From NCBI GenBank assembly GCA_910587445.1, contig CAJULE010000001.1:99748-163747 (forward strand): a stretch of DNA of 64,000 nt. The letters are read 5' to 3'. The translations under genes were made by a program, and so were the position numbers. The DNA is from an uncultured Christensenellaceae bacterium (GTDB lineage Bacteria > Bacillota > Clostridia > Christensenellales > Pumilibacteraceae). Below the pieces are notes generated by a model. It saw only the letters and a program-made list of their open reading frames with translations. It made no database searches and had not been told where the DNA came from. Every line of letters starts with the position of its first letter. Within the stretch, counting starts at the first letter, position 1. Of this stretch, positions 18,876-28,547 are shown piece after piece.

Positions 18876-20507
18876 ATGGACGCAACGGAAAAGCAACAGT
18901 TGTATTTAAGGGCGCAGGAGCATTTCAGGAATAACGAGCTTGACAAGGCTTTTGCGGAGTTCGACGAGCTCGGCGGTTATCGCGACAGCTACACCTATCT
19001 CGGCTTTATCTCGATGAAGCATCCGCACCCCGGCGTTACGCTCGAATTTACGGCGCAGTGCTTTGCTCTCGGAAGGAAGAAGGGAGACGCCAAAGCCGTG
19101 CTGCTGACCGCGGACTTTGCCCGCAGGATAGGCGAGGGGGAAAAAGCTCTCGGCTATGCGAAACAGGCGATAGACGGTCTCGAGGTGCTTTCGGCAAGCG
19201 ACGACTTCTTTGCGACATACCTGCTCGCGCAGTATTATTCTTATACGGGAAATCCCGAAAAGGCATTCACGCTTGCGCTCAAGGCGGCGGAACGCGGCTA
19301 TTGTGCGGCGGAGTTCTTGGTATCGCAGATGTATGCCGAGGGAAGCGGAACCAATGTCGACGAGGTCAAGGCGGTCAACTACATCGAAAAGTCCGCATAT
19401 AAAAATTACGGCGAAGCGCAGTATGCGCTCGGCTTCCGTTATTCGAAAGGCAACGGCGTACCGCAAGACGACGACATGGCGCTCAAGCTCTATCAAATGG
19501 CGGCGGAGAGCGGCATAAGCGGCGCGGCTTACAATCTCGCGCTTTGGTACGAGAGAAATTACGACAATGCAAATTGCTTCCGCTGGCTCAGGCGCGCGGC
19601 GCTTCTCGGCGACGTGCCCGCGATGATGAAGCTTGCGATGTTCTACGAGGGCGAGAGCGAGCACGACAGCTCTTCCGCTTGCCTGTGGTACGACATGGCG
19701 GCGAGCAAGGGCAGCAGCGAAGCCATATTCCTGCTCGGCGAGCATTTCGAGAGCGGCGAGGGCGTGCCCAAAGATATGAAGCGCGCAGTCGAGTGCTTCG
19801 AGACGGCGGCTCAGGCGGGATATAACCCTGCGCAGAGCAAGCTCGGATATATTTACAAAAACGAAACCGCCTTTCTCAATCCCGAACGCAGTATCTATTG
19901 GAACAACAAGGCGGCGGAGAACGGCGATATGCGCGCCCTGTGCAATCTCGGTCTTGCTTACGAGTTCGGCAACGGCGTGGAAAAGGATCCGAAAAAGGCA
20001 TTCGATCTGTATTTGAAGTCGGCTCGGCTCGGATACGACAGAGGTATGTACAATCTCGCATTCTGCTACATGAAGGGCAACGGCACTCGCGAGGATCATT
20101 GGCAGGCGGCGCAGTACTTCGAAAAGGCGGCGCAGAAAGGCCACGTGAACGCCATGTACAATATCGGCGTCATGTATCTTAACGGAGACGGCGTGAACAA
20201 AGATTGCAAGCGTGCGGCGGAATGGTTCTACAAAGCCGCGCAGAACAACAATATTGAATCGATTTTCTATCTCGGCTATTGCTACCTTAACGGTCTCGGC
20301 GTCAAGAAATATCCGGCAATGGCTGTGCACTATTTCCGCAAGGCGGCCGACGGCGGCGACGTGGAAGCCATGTTCAACCTCGGCTATTGCTATTACAACG
20401 GCAACGGCGTCGGCGAGGACAGAGTAATGGCAAAAAAGCTGTGGAAAAAGGCTGCGGCGGAAGGTCACGCATATGCGCGTGAAGTCCTCGATTCCATAGG
20501 CGAATAA
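18876..20507 (+). CDS. Sel1-like repeat (SLR/TPR-like) protein
   Basis: At least 10 tandem about 36-aa repeats of the Sel1 type (A.YNLG..Y..G.GV..D...A..W..KAA..G). Confidence 0.8.
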   Translation: MDATEKQQLYLRAQEHFRNNELDKAFAEFDELGGYRDSYTYLGFISMKHPHPGVTLEFTAQCFALGRKKGDAKAVLLTADFARRIGEGEKALGYAKQAIDGLEVLSASDDFFATYLLAQYYSYTGNPEKAFTLALKAAERGYCAAEFLVSQMYAEGSGTNVDEVKAVNYIEKSAYKNYGEAQYALGFRYSKGNGVPQDDDMALKLYQMAAESGISGAAYNLALWYERNYDNANCFRWLRRAALLGDVPAMMKLAMFYEGESEHDSSSACLWYDMAASKGSSEAIFLLGEHFESGEGVPKDMKRAVECFETAAQAGYNPAQSKLGYIYKNETAFLNPERSIYWNNKAAENGDMRALCNLGLAYEFGNGVEKDPKKAFDLYLKSARLGYDRGMYNLAFCYMKGNGTREDHWQAAQYFEKAAQKGHVNAMYNIGVMYLNGDGVNKDCKRAAEWFYKAAQNNNIESIFYLGYCYLNGLGVKKYPAMAVHYFRKAADGGDVEAMFNLGYCYYNGNGVGEDRVMAKKLWKKAAAEGHAYAREVLDSIGE

Positions 20508-20525
20508 GCTTTATAAAAGAAATAA

Positions 20526-20556
20526 GACGCGAGGACTTTCGGGTTCTCGCGTTTTG
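20526..20556 (+). terminator. rho-independent terminator
   Basis: acgcgag...ctcgcgt stem followed by TTTT. Confidence 0.5.
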
Positions 20557-20652
20557 CGTATTCGGCTTTCTTCTTGTCGCAATTCGCAAATTGTGTAAGT
20601 CTCATGTGACTTATCAAGTCTTTTCGGACTTGAAAACGGTTACAATATAGAC

Positions 20653-20853
20653 ATGGAGTTTGCAAGTATATTGAAAGAGTTGAGAAAATCCCACGGATTG
20701 AGCCAAATGGCGCTGGCAAAGCAGACGGGAATAAGTCAGTCCGCGATAGCAAAATGGGAGCTGGGCAAAACCGAGCCGACGGCGACTTCGCTCATCTACC
20801 TGGCAAAGTTTTTCAACGAAAGCGTAGATTATCTTCTCGGTCTTCAATCGTAG
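20653..20853 (+). CDS. XRE-family helix-turn-helix transcriptional regulator (66 aa)
   Basis: LSQMALAKQTGISQSAIAKWELGKTEP is a canonical Cro/C1 HTH. Confidence 0.8.
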   Translation: MEFASILKELRKSHGLSQMALAKQTGISQSAIAKWELGKTEPTATSLIYLAKFFNESVDYLLGLQS

Positions 20854-20867
20854 CATCGAGGATCGTA

Positions 20868-20905
20868 AAAACTCCCGACGGGTGAGTCGGGAGTGCTTTT
20901 GCGTG
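20868..20905. terminator. bidirectional terminator between XRE gene and convergent degV
   Basis: actcccgac gggtga gtcgggagt hairpin with T-runs on both sides. Confidence 0.6.
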
Positions 20906-20945
20906 TCTTTTTTTTGCATGTAATGCTTATCTGTTGTATTAGGCT

Positions 20946-21824
20946 TTATTTGTCCGAAAGCCTGCCCTTGCCGCGGAACACGAAGCCGAGCATACCTCCG
21001 CCCGTGTGTGCGCCGATGACGGGACCGACCCAGCCGATTTTTACCTTGCAACCGTAAGTCGATTCGAGTTCTTCCTTGAACATTAAAGCTACGTCGTTCG
21101 AGTCGGCGCTCGGCAGATATACGTCGCCCTTGAGATCCACCGCGTATTTTTCGTATTGCTCGGTAAAGTATTTAAGCGCGTTTCTCACGCCCTTTGCCTT
21201 ATATACGACGGCGAGTTTACCCTCGTCGTTTATTATCAAGACCGGCTTTATTTTCAGAATGGTGCCGAGCACTGCGCTTACTTTCGATACCCGTCCTCCG
21301 CGGCAGAGGTGGAACAGGTCGTCCGCATAGAACCAGTGATGTACGTTTTGCGCCGTGTCGCGTATAAAGGGGAGCGCGTCCTCGACGGAAAGTCCCTCGT
21401 CTCTGCGACGGATAGCTTCGTCGACGACGAAGTTTTGTCCCTGCGTGGCGGAAAGGCTGTCCACGACGTAGATCTTTGCTCCGGGGTGGCTTTCCATTGC
21501 TTCCGCAGCGCCCATGACCGCGCTGTTGTAGGTGTTCGAAAGTCCGCTCGAAAGAGTGAGATGCACGATATTGTCCGCGCCGTTTTCTATGAGCGAGGAG
21601 AAATATTCGGAGTGAGCGGCGGGCGTGATCTGCGAAGTCGTCGGCATTTTCTTTGCGCGAAGCTGATCGTAAAAGTTCTTGTAAACATCGTCGCTGTCGA
21701 AATCGTCGTCGTACGTTACTCCGTCTATCGTGAAGGTGAGAGGAATATACGAAACGCGGTTTGCCTTCAGATCCGATTTGAAGGCGTCGCAGGAAGTGTC
21801 GGTCGAAATTAAAAACTTGTCCAT
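20946..21824 (-). CDS. DegV-family fatty-acid-binding protein
   Basis: Reverse-strand ORF MDKFLISTDTSCD... with DegV hallmarks (STDTSCD, GPVIGAHTGGG). The overlapping + and - ORFs are rejected. Confidence 0.85.
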   Translation of the reverse strand: MDKFLISTDTSCDAFKSDLKANRVSYIPLTFTIDGVTYDDDFDSDDVYKNFYDQLRAKKMPTTSQITPAAHSEYFSSLIENGADNIVHLTLSSGLSNTYNSAVMGAAEAMESHPGAKIYVVDSLSATQGQNFVVDEAIRRRDEGLSVEDALPFIRDTAQNVHHWFYADDLFHLCRGGRVSKVSAVLGTILKIKPVLIINDEGKLAVVYKAKGVRNALKYFTEQYEKYAVDLKGDVYLPSADSNDVALMFKEELESTYGCKVKIGWVGPVIGAHTGGGMLGFVFRGKGRLSDK

Positions 21825-22164
21825 ATGTGTATTTGTTTCTCCGAAAGCGCGTCGAACGCGTATTTTTATTGACGGTGCAATTATACATTACGAGTGTGCG
21901 ATTACGCAAACAAATTTCGTATGTATTCGCTTTTTTTAATCTGTTTTTAATGTTAGGCGCCCTTTTCGCTTTCGTCTATATCTTATATATATGTGGATAA
22001 AACGCGATAAAAATACAATTAGAAAGATTAGAAATTGATTAAATATTGTAAAAGGGCTTTATTTTATCCGAAAAATATGCTATACTGTACGCGTAGGTCG
22101 AAGGGAGAATACGCGCCCGAATGGCGGCAGCTCATTTTCCCGATTCGAACCGAAGGAGTAAGGT

Positions 22165-22923
22165 ATGAACGAATGGTGGCAGGCATTGTCTGCGCTTCAG
22201 CAGGTCATGTTCGTGATAGGGGCGGCAACGCTTCTGTTTATGATTGCGCAGATAGTAATGATGCTCGTAGGGCTCGGGGATAACGACCTTTCTACGGACG
22301 CCGATTTGTCGGGTGTTTCCGACGCGGGCGGCGATTTGGACGCGGACGTTTCCGGGATCGACGCGGGCGACGGAAGTTTCGACGTAAGCTCGGGCGGCAT
22401 CGGAGACGTGGGCGGCGACGTCGGCGGAGCGGGTCATGCGATTGAGCCGCACTGTCCTCATCCGGGCGGCTTCCACGCCCTCGGCATGAGACTGCTTTCG
22501 CTTCGCTGTATAATAGCGTTTTTCTGTTTCGGCTCTTGGGTAGTGTTCATTATGGACGCGCTCGTAGATTGGTACTTCGCTCTTATTATAGGCGTGGTTG
22601 CGGGCTTCGCAGCCGCAGTCTTAATGGCGCTTATCATGAACCAGATCATGAAGCTTCAGGGCGACGGAACCATCAAAATGAAGAACTGCATAGGTAAGGA
22701 AGGCGAGGTGTACCAGATAATTCCCGCCTCGCGCGAAGGAATCGGTAAGGTCAATATTCTCATTCAGGAACGCTTTAAGGAGTTCGACGCAATGACCGAC
22801 GACGACGATTCCATAGGCGCGGGAGAAACGGTGCGCGTCGTAAAAGTGGATTCGTCTTCCGCGGTAGTCGTCGAGCGCGTCAAGGACAAAAACAGACAGT
22901 CGCGTCACGACAAAGAGAATTAA
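22165..22923 (+). CDS. NfeD/YuaF-like membrane protein (OB-fold C-terminal domain) with Asp/Gly-rich low-complexity linker
   Basis: N-terminal TM helix, then a D/G-rich about 70-aa acidic stretch. Two more TM helices, then a C-terminal NfeD-like beta-barrel (GKEGEVYQIIPASREGIGKVNILIQERF). Directly upstream of flotillin. Confidence 0.65.
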   Translation: MNEWWQALSALQQVMFVIGAATLLFMIAQIVMMLVGLGDNDLSTDADLSGVSDAGGDLDADVSGIDAGDGSFDVSSGGIGDVGGDVGGAGHAIEPHCPHPGGFHALGMRLLSLRCIIAFFCFGSWVVFIMDALVDWYFALIIGVVAGFAAAVLMALIMNQIMKLQGDGTIKMKNCIGKEGEVYQIIPASREGIGKVNILIQERFKEFDAMTDDDDSIGAGETVRVVKVDSSSAVVVERVKDKNRQSRHDKEN

Positions 22924-22970
22924 AAAGGCAATGTTTAAGGATAATAGATAGGAGGTATAAATAAAAGAAC

Positions 22971-24395
22971 ATGGCAAACATAATTTCGGCAATCCCTATG
23001 GGCGGAGTGATCGGCATAATCGTCGGCGCGGTTGCGGTCGCGATAATCCTTATTCTCATTATAGCAAGCCGCTATAAGAAGTGTCCGTCCGACAAGATAA
23101 TGGTAATCTACGGTGCCGTAGGCAAGACGAAAGACGGCTCGGCGAGAGCTTCGCGCTGTATACACGGCGGCGGTGCGTTCGTATGGCCCGTCGTGCAGTC
23201 GTACAGCTTTCTCGACCTCACGCCCATATCGATAAACGTCGACCTTAAGGGTGCGCTGTCCCGTCAGCAGATACGTATCGACGTGCCTTCGCGTTTTACC
23301 GTCGGCATATCGACGACGCCAGGCGTCATGCAGAACGCGGCAGAGCGTCTGCGCGGCTTGAGACTCGGCGACATACAGGAGCTCGCGAAGGACATAATCC
23401 TCGGTCAGCTCAGACTCGTAGTCGCGCTCATGGACATAGAGGAAATAAACTCCGACAGAGATAAGTTCCTCGACGCAATCACGCGCAACGTAGAGGGCGA
23501 GCTCAAGAAGATAGGTCTTCAGCTCATAAACGTCAACATAACCGATATTTCCGACGAGTCCGGCTATATCGACGCTCTCGGTAAGGAAGCTGCGGAACGT
23601 GCGAACAGCGACGCTCGCCGTGCGGTCGCCGAAAAGAGAAGAGACGGCGCGATCGGCGAAGCCAACGCGCAGATGGAAGAAAGAATACGCGTCGCCGAAG
23701 CAAACTCCAAAGCGGTGGAAGGCGAGAACACTTCGCAAGCCGAAGTAAGTAAGTCGAACGCAATTCGCCGCGAGGCGGAGGCAGAAGCCGAAAGAAGAGC
23801 TACGGTCGCCGAAATGACGGCGGAGGCAAAGGCGAAAGCCGAGGCGTACAAGGCGGAGCAGCTTGCCGAGCAGGTGCGTGCCGAGAGAGAAAAGAGCACG
23901 CTTGAAGCCGACGTCATCGTAAAAGTAGAGGTCGAAAAGCGCAAGCGCGAGCTCGAAGCCGAAGCCGAAGCGGAAATGATCCGCAGAAAGGCGCAAGGCG
24001 AGGCGGACGCTCTCATGGCGATGAAGATTGCGGAAGCAAAAGGTATGTACGAAGTGCTCAGCAAGCAGGCGGAAGGTTTCGAAAGGATCGTAAAGGCCGC
24101 GGGCGGCGCGGACGCCGCCGTGCAGATGCTTCTCACCGACAAGATGGAAGAGCTCGTCAAGCTTCAGGTCGAAGCCATCAAGAACGTGAAGATAGACAAG
24201 GTCACCGTTTGGGACAACATGAACGGCAAGGACGGTTCGTCCACGACCTCTAACTTCATTTCGAGTATGCTGAACGTCGTGCCGCCGATGAACGAAATTT
24301 TCAAGATGAACGGCATGAAGTTGCCCGAATATCTCGGAAAGGAAGCCGAGGTAAAGGCGCTTGCGGAACCCGAAGCAAAGCGGGCGAAGAAGTAA
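22971..24395 (+). CDS. floT: flotillin-like SPFH/band-7 protein (FloT/YuaG-like)
   Basis: N-terminal TM anchor and SPFH domain. Long Ala/Glu-rich EA-repeat coiled coil. Conserved C-terminal flotillin tail. Confidence 0.85.
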   Translation: MANIISAIPMGGVIGIIVGAVAVAIILILIIASRYKKCPSDKIMVIYGAVGKTKDGSARASRCIHGGGAFVWPVVQSYSFLDLTPISINVDLKGALSRQQIRIDVPSRFTVGISTTPGVMQNAAERLRGLRLGDIQELAKDIILGQLRLVVALMDIEEINSDRDKFLDAITRNVEGELKKIGLQLINVNITDISDESGYIDALGKEAAERANSDARRAVAEKRRDGAIGEANAQMEERIRVAEANSKAVEGENTSQAEVSKSNAIRREAEAEAERRATVAEMTAEAKAKAEAYKAEQLAEQVRAEREKSTLEADVIVKVEVEKRKRELEAEAEAEMIRRKAQGEADALMAMKIAEAKGMYEVLSKQAEGFERIVKAAGGADAAVQMLLTDKMEELVKLQVEAIKNVKIDKVTVWDNMNGKDGSSTTSNFISSMLNVVPPMNEIFKMNGMKLPEYLGKEAEVKALAEPEAKRAKK

Positions 24396-24430
24396 GGCAA
24401 TATCGGTTTACGGAGAAATAACACAAGCAT

Positions 24431-24462
24431 AAAGAGTAGCGGCAAAACCGCTACTCTTTGCG
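24431..24462 (+). terminator. putative terminator hairpin
   Basis: aaagagtagcgg caaaa ccgctactcttt: 12-bp perfect stem. Downstream T-run is weak. Confidence 0.5.
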
Positions 24463-24510
24463 GGTGTTTAAGCGGTGACGAAAAAGCCGAAACGATAAGG
24501 AGAAGATATT

Positions 24511-26685
24511 ATGAGCGAAACGGTTTTCGAAAACAGCAAATGGATCTGGGCGGAACAGGTCGATTCTTCCGCAGACGACGTGGTGATATTTCGTCGTCCG
24601 TTTAACGTGGATAAGCCTCCTAAAACGGCTGTCGCAAGAATTGCCGCCGAAAACAGATACTTTCTGTATCTCAACGGAAAAGAGGTCGTTGTCGGAGGAG
24701 GAATGCTTCGCACGGGGCGCTCCGGCAAGGGATTTTACGACGAAATCGATCTGTCCGGGTACATCGAAAAGGGCGAGAACGTCATAAGCGTAATAGCCAT
24801 GTTCTACGGCGCTGCGGACAATAAACTTTCCGCGGGCAAGGCGGGATTGCTTTTCGAGTGTCCGGAACTGTCCGTAAGCTCGGACAGCGGCTTTACGGTC
24901 TATAGGGACAGAGCGTATTCTGCGCACCCCGATTATGCGAAGCCCAAGGCGGCAGGCATAAACATCAAATACGACGCGACTCTCGAGAGTATGCTTACCG
25001 GCTATCAAAAGCCCGAGTTCGTGTCCAATCTGTTTGTCGCCGCGACGGAACTCGGCGAATACGGCGCGGAGCCGTGGGGCGAAGTCGTGAAGCGTCCCGT
25101 ACCCCTCTTTGCCGGCAAGCTTGTGGAGAAGTGCCGCAAAATAGACAAGCGCACGAACGTCCTCATGGGCGACAGGTACGCGGACGAGTACACGCTTACG
25201 CTTCCGCGTGCGATGAACGTATATCCCAGACTTTCGGTCACGGCAAACAGCGGCGACAGGATAGAGGTGAAAAGCGAGCGCTACGAGGTCGGCGGCTGTT
25301 ATGAGGACGAGGGCAAGAGTACGAACGGTTTTCGCTTCGAGTACATCTGCAAAGCCGAATCGCAGACCTTCGAATTTCCGCAGACTCTGTACGGCGAGCG
25401 CCTCATATTCTCGATAACGCCCGGCGTGAAGGTTCAGGCGCTCGGTTATCGGGAAAGCCTGTACGGATCGGTCGATGACGGCGAGCTTCGCACGGACGAC
25501 GAGTTTCTCGGGGCGCTTCAGGAGAAGTGCGCTGACACGCTTGTCGGCTGTATGCGCGAAGGATTCGTCGATACGCCCGAGCGCGGCAACTATGTTTTGC
25601 CTGCGGCGGCTTCCGTGGGCGCCGACGGCGCGTTCTATCTTTTCGAGGACGGCGGAGTCGCGCTTGCCGAAAAGTTTATGGCGGATACTTTGGAGCTTGC
25701 CGAAAACGACATTCTTTATGCGAGCGTCTACGGCGAGCGCAAGGAACTTCCTTCGCAGATGCTGATCGCGCTTTCGGAATTCGGCATTGCGGCGAAATAT
25801 TACGCATACGTCGGGATGAATGAAAAGCTTGCGGCTTTCGTCGTTGCGGGACTTAAATACCTTGCGAAGTGGGAGCAGGGAGAGGACGGCTTTATTGCGC
25901 CTCGTACGCAGGCAAAGTGCGACGATCTTTTCAATTGCGATGAAAAACTCGTGCTGAATATGCTCTACTATTCGGCGCTCAACAACGTCTGCCGACTCAT
26001 GGAAGCGACGGGCGACGATACTCATTCGGGTTTTCTCGACGATAGGGCGCAAAGCCTTAAGGCGGCGTTGGACGCGTGTTACGACGGCATGGGCTATTCG
26101 AGCGTCAAAGGTTTTTACGACGACAGGGCAAACGCGTTCGCCGTGCTCTCGGGTATAGCGGACAATGAAGAATACACGGGACTTACGAGGATTCTCGAGT
26201 CGGTCGCTTGCGCAACTCCTCTGTACGAAGGCTATGTGCTCGAGGCGCTTTGCGTTATGGGCGAAGGAAACATAGCGCTACGCCGCATGAAGAGCCGCTA
26301 TCACGACATGGTCGAAAACGGCAGGTCCACGCTTTCCGAGGACTTTGCGGGACGAGGTGCGAAAAGCTATCTCGGATCGGTCGCTCCGCTGCCTATCATG
26401 TATCGCTATTTCGCGGGCATAAACTTCGACGAGGGGCTCGGCAAAATAGTCATAACTCCCGATCTGCGCTCTCTCGGCGTCATAGATTTCCGTTTGACGC
26501 TTGAAGGCGGAAAACTTTCGGGCAGGTTCGCCAAGGTAAAAGACCGCGTGGAAGTTTTCGTCGATAACTCTACGGGGAAAGAAGTCCTGTTGCTTTTAAA
26601 GAGCGAGTTTATAGGCAAGGACATAGACGGCATGAGCGAAAAGGGCTTTAAGCTTACGAAAGGCAAAAACAAGTTTACGATTTAA
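24511..26685 (+). CDS. glycoside hydrolase, putative alpha-L-rhamnosidase-like (GH78-type, six-hairpin)
   Basis: N-terminal SKWIW...YFLYLNGKEVVVGG block resembles the rhamnosidase N-domain motif. No signal peptide. Family call is tentative. Confidence 0.4.
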   Translation: MSETVFENSKWIWAEQVDSSADDVVIFRRPFNVDKPPKTAVARIAAENRYFLYLNGKEVVVGGGMLRTGRSGKGFYDEIDLSGYIEKGENVISVIAMFYGAADNKLSAGKAGLLFECPELSVSSDSGFTVYRDRAYSAHPDYAKPKAAGINIKYDATLESMLTGYQKPEFVSNLFVAATELGEYGAEPWGEVVKRPVPLFAGKLVEKCRKIDKRTNVLMGDRYADEYTLTLPRAMNVYPRLSVTANSGDRIEVKSERYEVGGCYEDEGKSTNGFRFEYICKAESQTFEFPQTLYGERLIFSITPGVKVQALGYRESLYGSVDDGELRTDDEFLGALQEKCADTLVGCMREGFVDTPERGNYVLPAAASVGADGAFYLFEDGGVALAEKFMADTLELAENDILYASVYGERKELPSQMLIALSEFGIAAKYYAYVGMNEKLAAFVVAGLKYLAKWEQGEDGFIAPRTQAKCDDLFNCDEKLVLNMLYYSALNNVCRLMEATGDDTHSGFLDDRAQSLKAALDACYDGMGYSSVKGFYDDRANAFAVLSGIADNEEYTGLTRILESVACATPLYEGYVLEALCVMGEGNIALRRMKSRYHDMVENGRSTLSEDFAGRGAKSYLGSVAPLPIMYRYFAGINFDEGLGKIVITPDLRSLGVIDFRLTLEGGKLSGRFAKVKDRVEVFVDNSTGKEVLLLLKSEFIGKDIDGMSEKGFKLTKGKNKFTI

Positions 26686-26819
26686 AAGACGCAAAAGTAA
26701 TAACAAAAATTTAAACGTCGGTTGGCTTCGGGCTCTTAAGGGCTAGAGTTCTGACGTTTTTTTTGACGTTTTCCGTGGCTCTCCCCATGAATTTATCCTT
26801 ATTTTTTCCAAAAGTCCCC

Positions 26820-26848
26820 TTGACGAGCTCACGAAAGCATGATATAAT
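26820..26848 (+). promoter_or_regulatory. strong sigma-A-like promoter (TTGACG-N17-TGATATAAT, extended -10)
   Basis: TTGACG at 26820-26825, TATAAT at 26843-26848 preceded by TGa. Confidence 0.5.
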
Positions 26849-26902
26849 TTAAGTACGATATTACTTATAATTACTCTTCCCGGGTCTTTTTCGGTCGGAG
26901 AG

Positions 26903-27184
26903 TTGGAGACTATGGGACTGAGAGTAATAGAAAGTCCTACCGAGCTTGCAAATGAAATATGTACTTTGGAAAATGTTTCGGAATACTATCGAATAAATGA
27001 GATATTATCGCATTATGATGAACTGTTTTTTGAAAAGTATAATATTGTAATAGCCGATAATACGGATAAGAGCAATATCATAGATAATTTGCATATGAAT
27101 ACAGTAGAGAATAGTAAAAATATCGGACAAAAAGAAAGTATATTATTCGGCAAAGATTGTGAGTTCGAGGAGGTATATGTATGA
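26903..27184 (+). CDS. small cytoplasmic protein (93 aa) homologous to the C-terminal tail of the S8 protease at 13990-14370; first gene of cassette copy 2
   Basis: MGLRVIESPTELANE...LSHYDELFFEKYNIVIADN... aligns with LMGLKVVESPKQLVQ...LSYYDEEFFETYAIVLSDDF... of the protease tail. RBS GGAGAGTTGGAG. Confidence 0.55.
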   Translation: METMGLRVIESPTELANEICTLENVSEYYRINEILSHYDELFFEKYNIVIADNTDKSNIIDNLHMNTVENSKNIGQKESILFGKDCEFEEVYV

Positions 27185-28338
27185 AAAAGAAAATAATTTC
27201 GTTATTTGTCGTATTGACGTTTTGCATAAGCGTTGTTTTTTGTGCGTGCGGCGGCGCGGGCAATAAGTCGGGTAAAGACGATATACCTTTAACTTCGGAA
27301 GAGATACTAGAGATAAAAAAGGCATATTGCGATATAATGTATAACGGCAGGAAAACAGCCGTAGCGGACGAAATTATCGAGATATTTTCTTATTACGGAA
27401 ATTACGACGGGGCAATCGTAGTCACTGTCGACGGCAAGACGGGGATAAGTTCTTATCGGTCCAACCGTTTCACGGCGATGGGATATGAGTTTGTCGGGAC
27501 GCCGAAATCACTTTTTAAAGTGTATAAAGACGGCGAGATGAAGAGTTTGGATGAGGCGTGCGAAAACGGGTGGCTTAAGGAAGAAGACATAAAAGCCGTT
27601 CATGAAATATATGCCGAGGAATATGCAGTATATTACAAAGACGCTTCGGCAACCGAAGATTACGAAAAGATAAGAGTACAGTTCAACGAACAAATCGGTG
27701 CGGCTTCAAGCGATTGCGATGTTTTTTATACGAGCTTGGGCAGCTACGCTTCTACCGAAGTGCTTTCTCTCGAATCGGAGGATTTTTGGAGAAATTCTCA
27801 TTCCGCGACTTGTAAGGCGGGAGAAGCGACGTTTAATCTTTCGGGAATGACTGAACTTCGGGCGTACAGAGACGGCGTATTGCATACGGTGGAATCCGCT
27901 TATGAAAACGGGTGGCTTACGGCGCAGGATATCGAAAAAGCGCTTGCATTGCATAAAGCCATGTACCCGTATGTGTATATAAGCCGAGAAGAAGCGCCGA
28001 GCGCAGACGAAAAGACCAAAGAGAAAATGGCGCGGGAATACTATGAGAAAAGTTTAAAACTCAATTACGAGAACGTAAAAGCAAGCCAAGTGCAAGCAGA
28101 CGCTTTTTACGGGGAATATTCGGGCGCAAGCGTTTATCATTTTACTACTCCGCTTGCGAGCGTTACTGCGTGCGTAACTTGCATTTTGGGCGGAGTGGTG
28201 TTCGGATTCGGATCGCCCATGCAAGTTCTCGAAGTATATAAAGACGGAAGCTTTTTGAGCTTAGAAGCGGCATACAGAACGGGGTGGCTTTCGGTAAGCG
28301 ATTTGAGAGCGTTGCAGTCTTTGTATTACTTGCGCTGA
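27181..28338 (+). CDS. repeat lipoprotein, copy 2 (385 aa) with three about 35-aa Y[KR]DG...A[YC]ENGWL..DI repeats
   Basis: Start overlaps the previous stop (ATGA). Signal + lipobox SVVFCACG nearly identical to 14367-14825. Repeats at about residues 113-150, 228-265 and 352-385. Confidence 0.65.
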   Translation: MKKKIISLFVVLTFCISVVFCACGGAGNKSGKDDIPLTSEEILEIKKAYCDIMYNGRKTAVADEIIEIFSYYGNYDGAIVVTVDGKTGISSYRSNRFTAMGYEFVGTPKSLFKVYKDGEMKSLDEACENGWLKEEDIKAVHEIYAEEYAVYYKDASATEDYEKIRVQFNEQIGAASSDCDVFYTSLGSYASTEVLSLESEDFWRNSHSATCKAGEATFNLSGMTELRAYRDGVLHTVESAYENGWLTAQDIEKALALHKAMYPYVYISREEAPSADEKTKEKMAREYYEKSLKLNYENVKASQVQADAFYGEYSGASVYHFTTPLASVTACVTCILGGVVFGFGSPMQVLEVYKDGSFLSLEAAYRTGWLSVSDLRALQSLYYLR

Positions 28339-28381
28339 ATCATAGCTCAGTAAGGTTTAAACCGAATAAAGAAAAACTCGT

Positions 28382-28417
28382 ATCCCCTCGAGCGTATCGA
28401 GGGGATATGTGTTTTTG
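28382..28417 (+). terminator. rho-independent terminator
   Basis: atcccctcga gcgt atcgagggga t, then atgtgttttt. Confidence 0.6.
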
Positions 28418-28547
28418 CGGCAAATTGCAATTTCACCGAAAAATCACGGTATAACAATTGATTTTTTTGCTCTGCTATGGTAAAATGTATATGATGTAGA
28501 TTTATACACTTTATGGGTATGGACCCTCGGAGGCAAAGTTTTACGAC

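Noticed and set aside
18906-20468. 520-aa minus-strand ORF
   Set aside because: Antisense to the Sel1-repeat gene, whose repeats are unmistakable. No motifs.
24451-26052. 533-aa minus-strand ORF
   Set aside because: Antisense to the putative rhamnosidase-like gene. Basic low-complexity composition.
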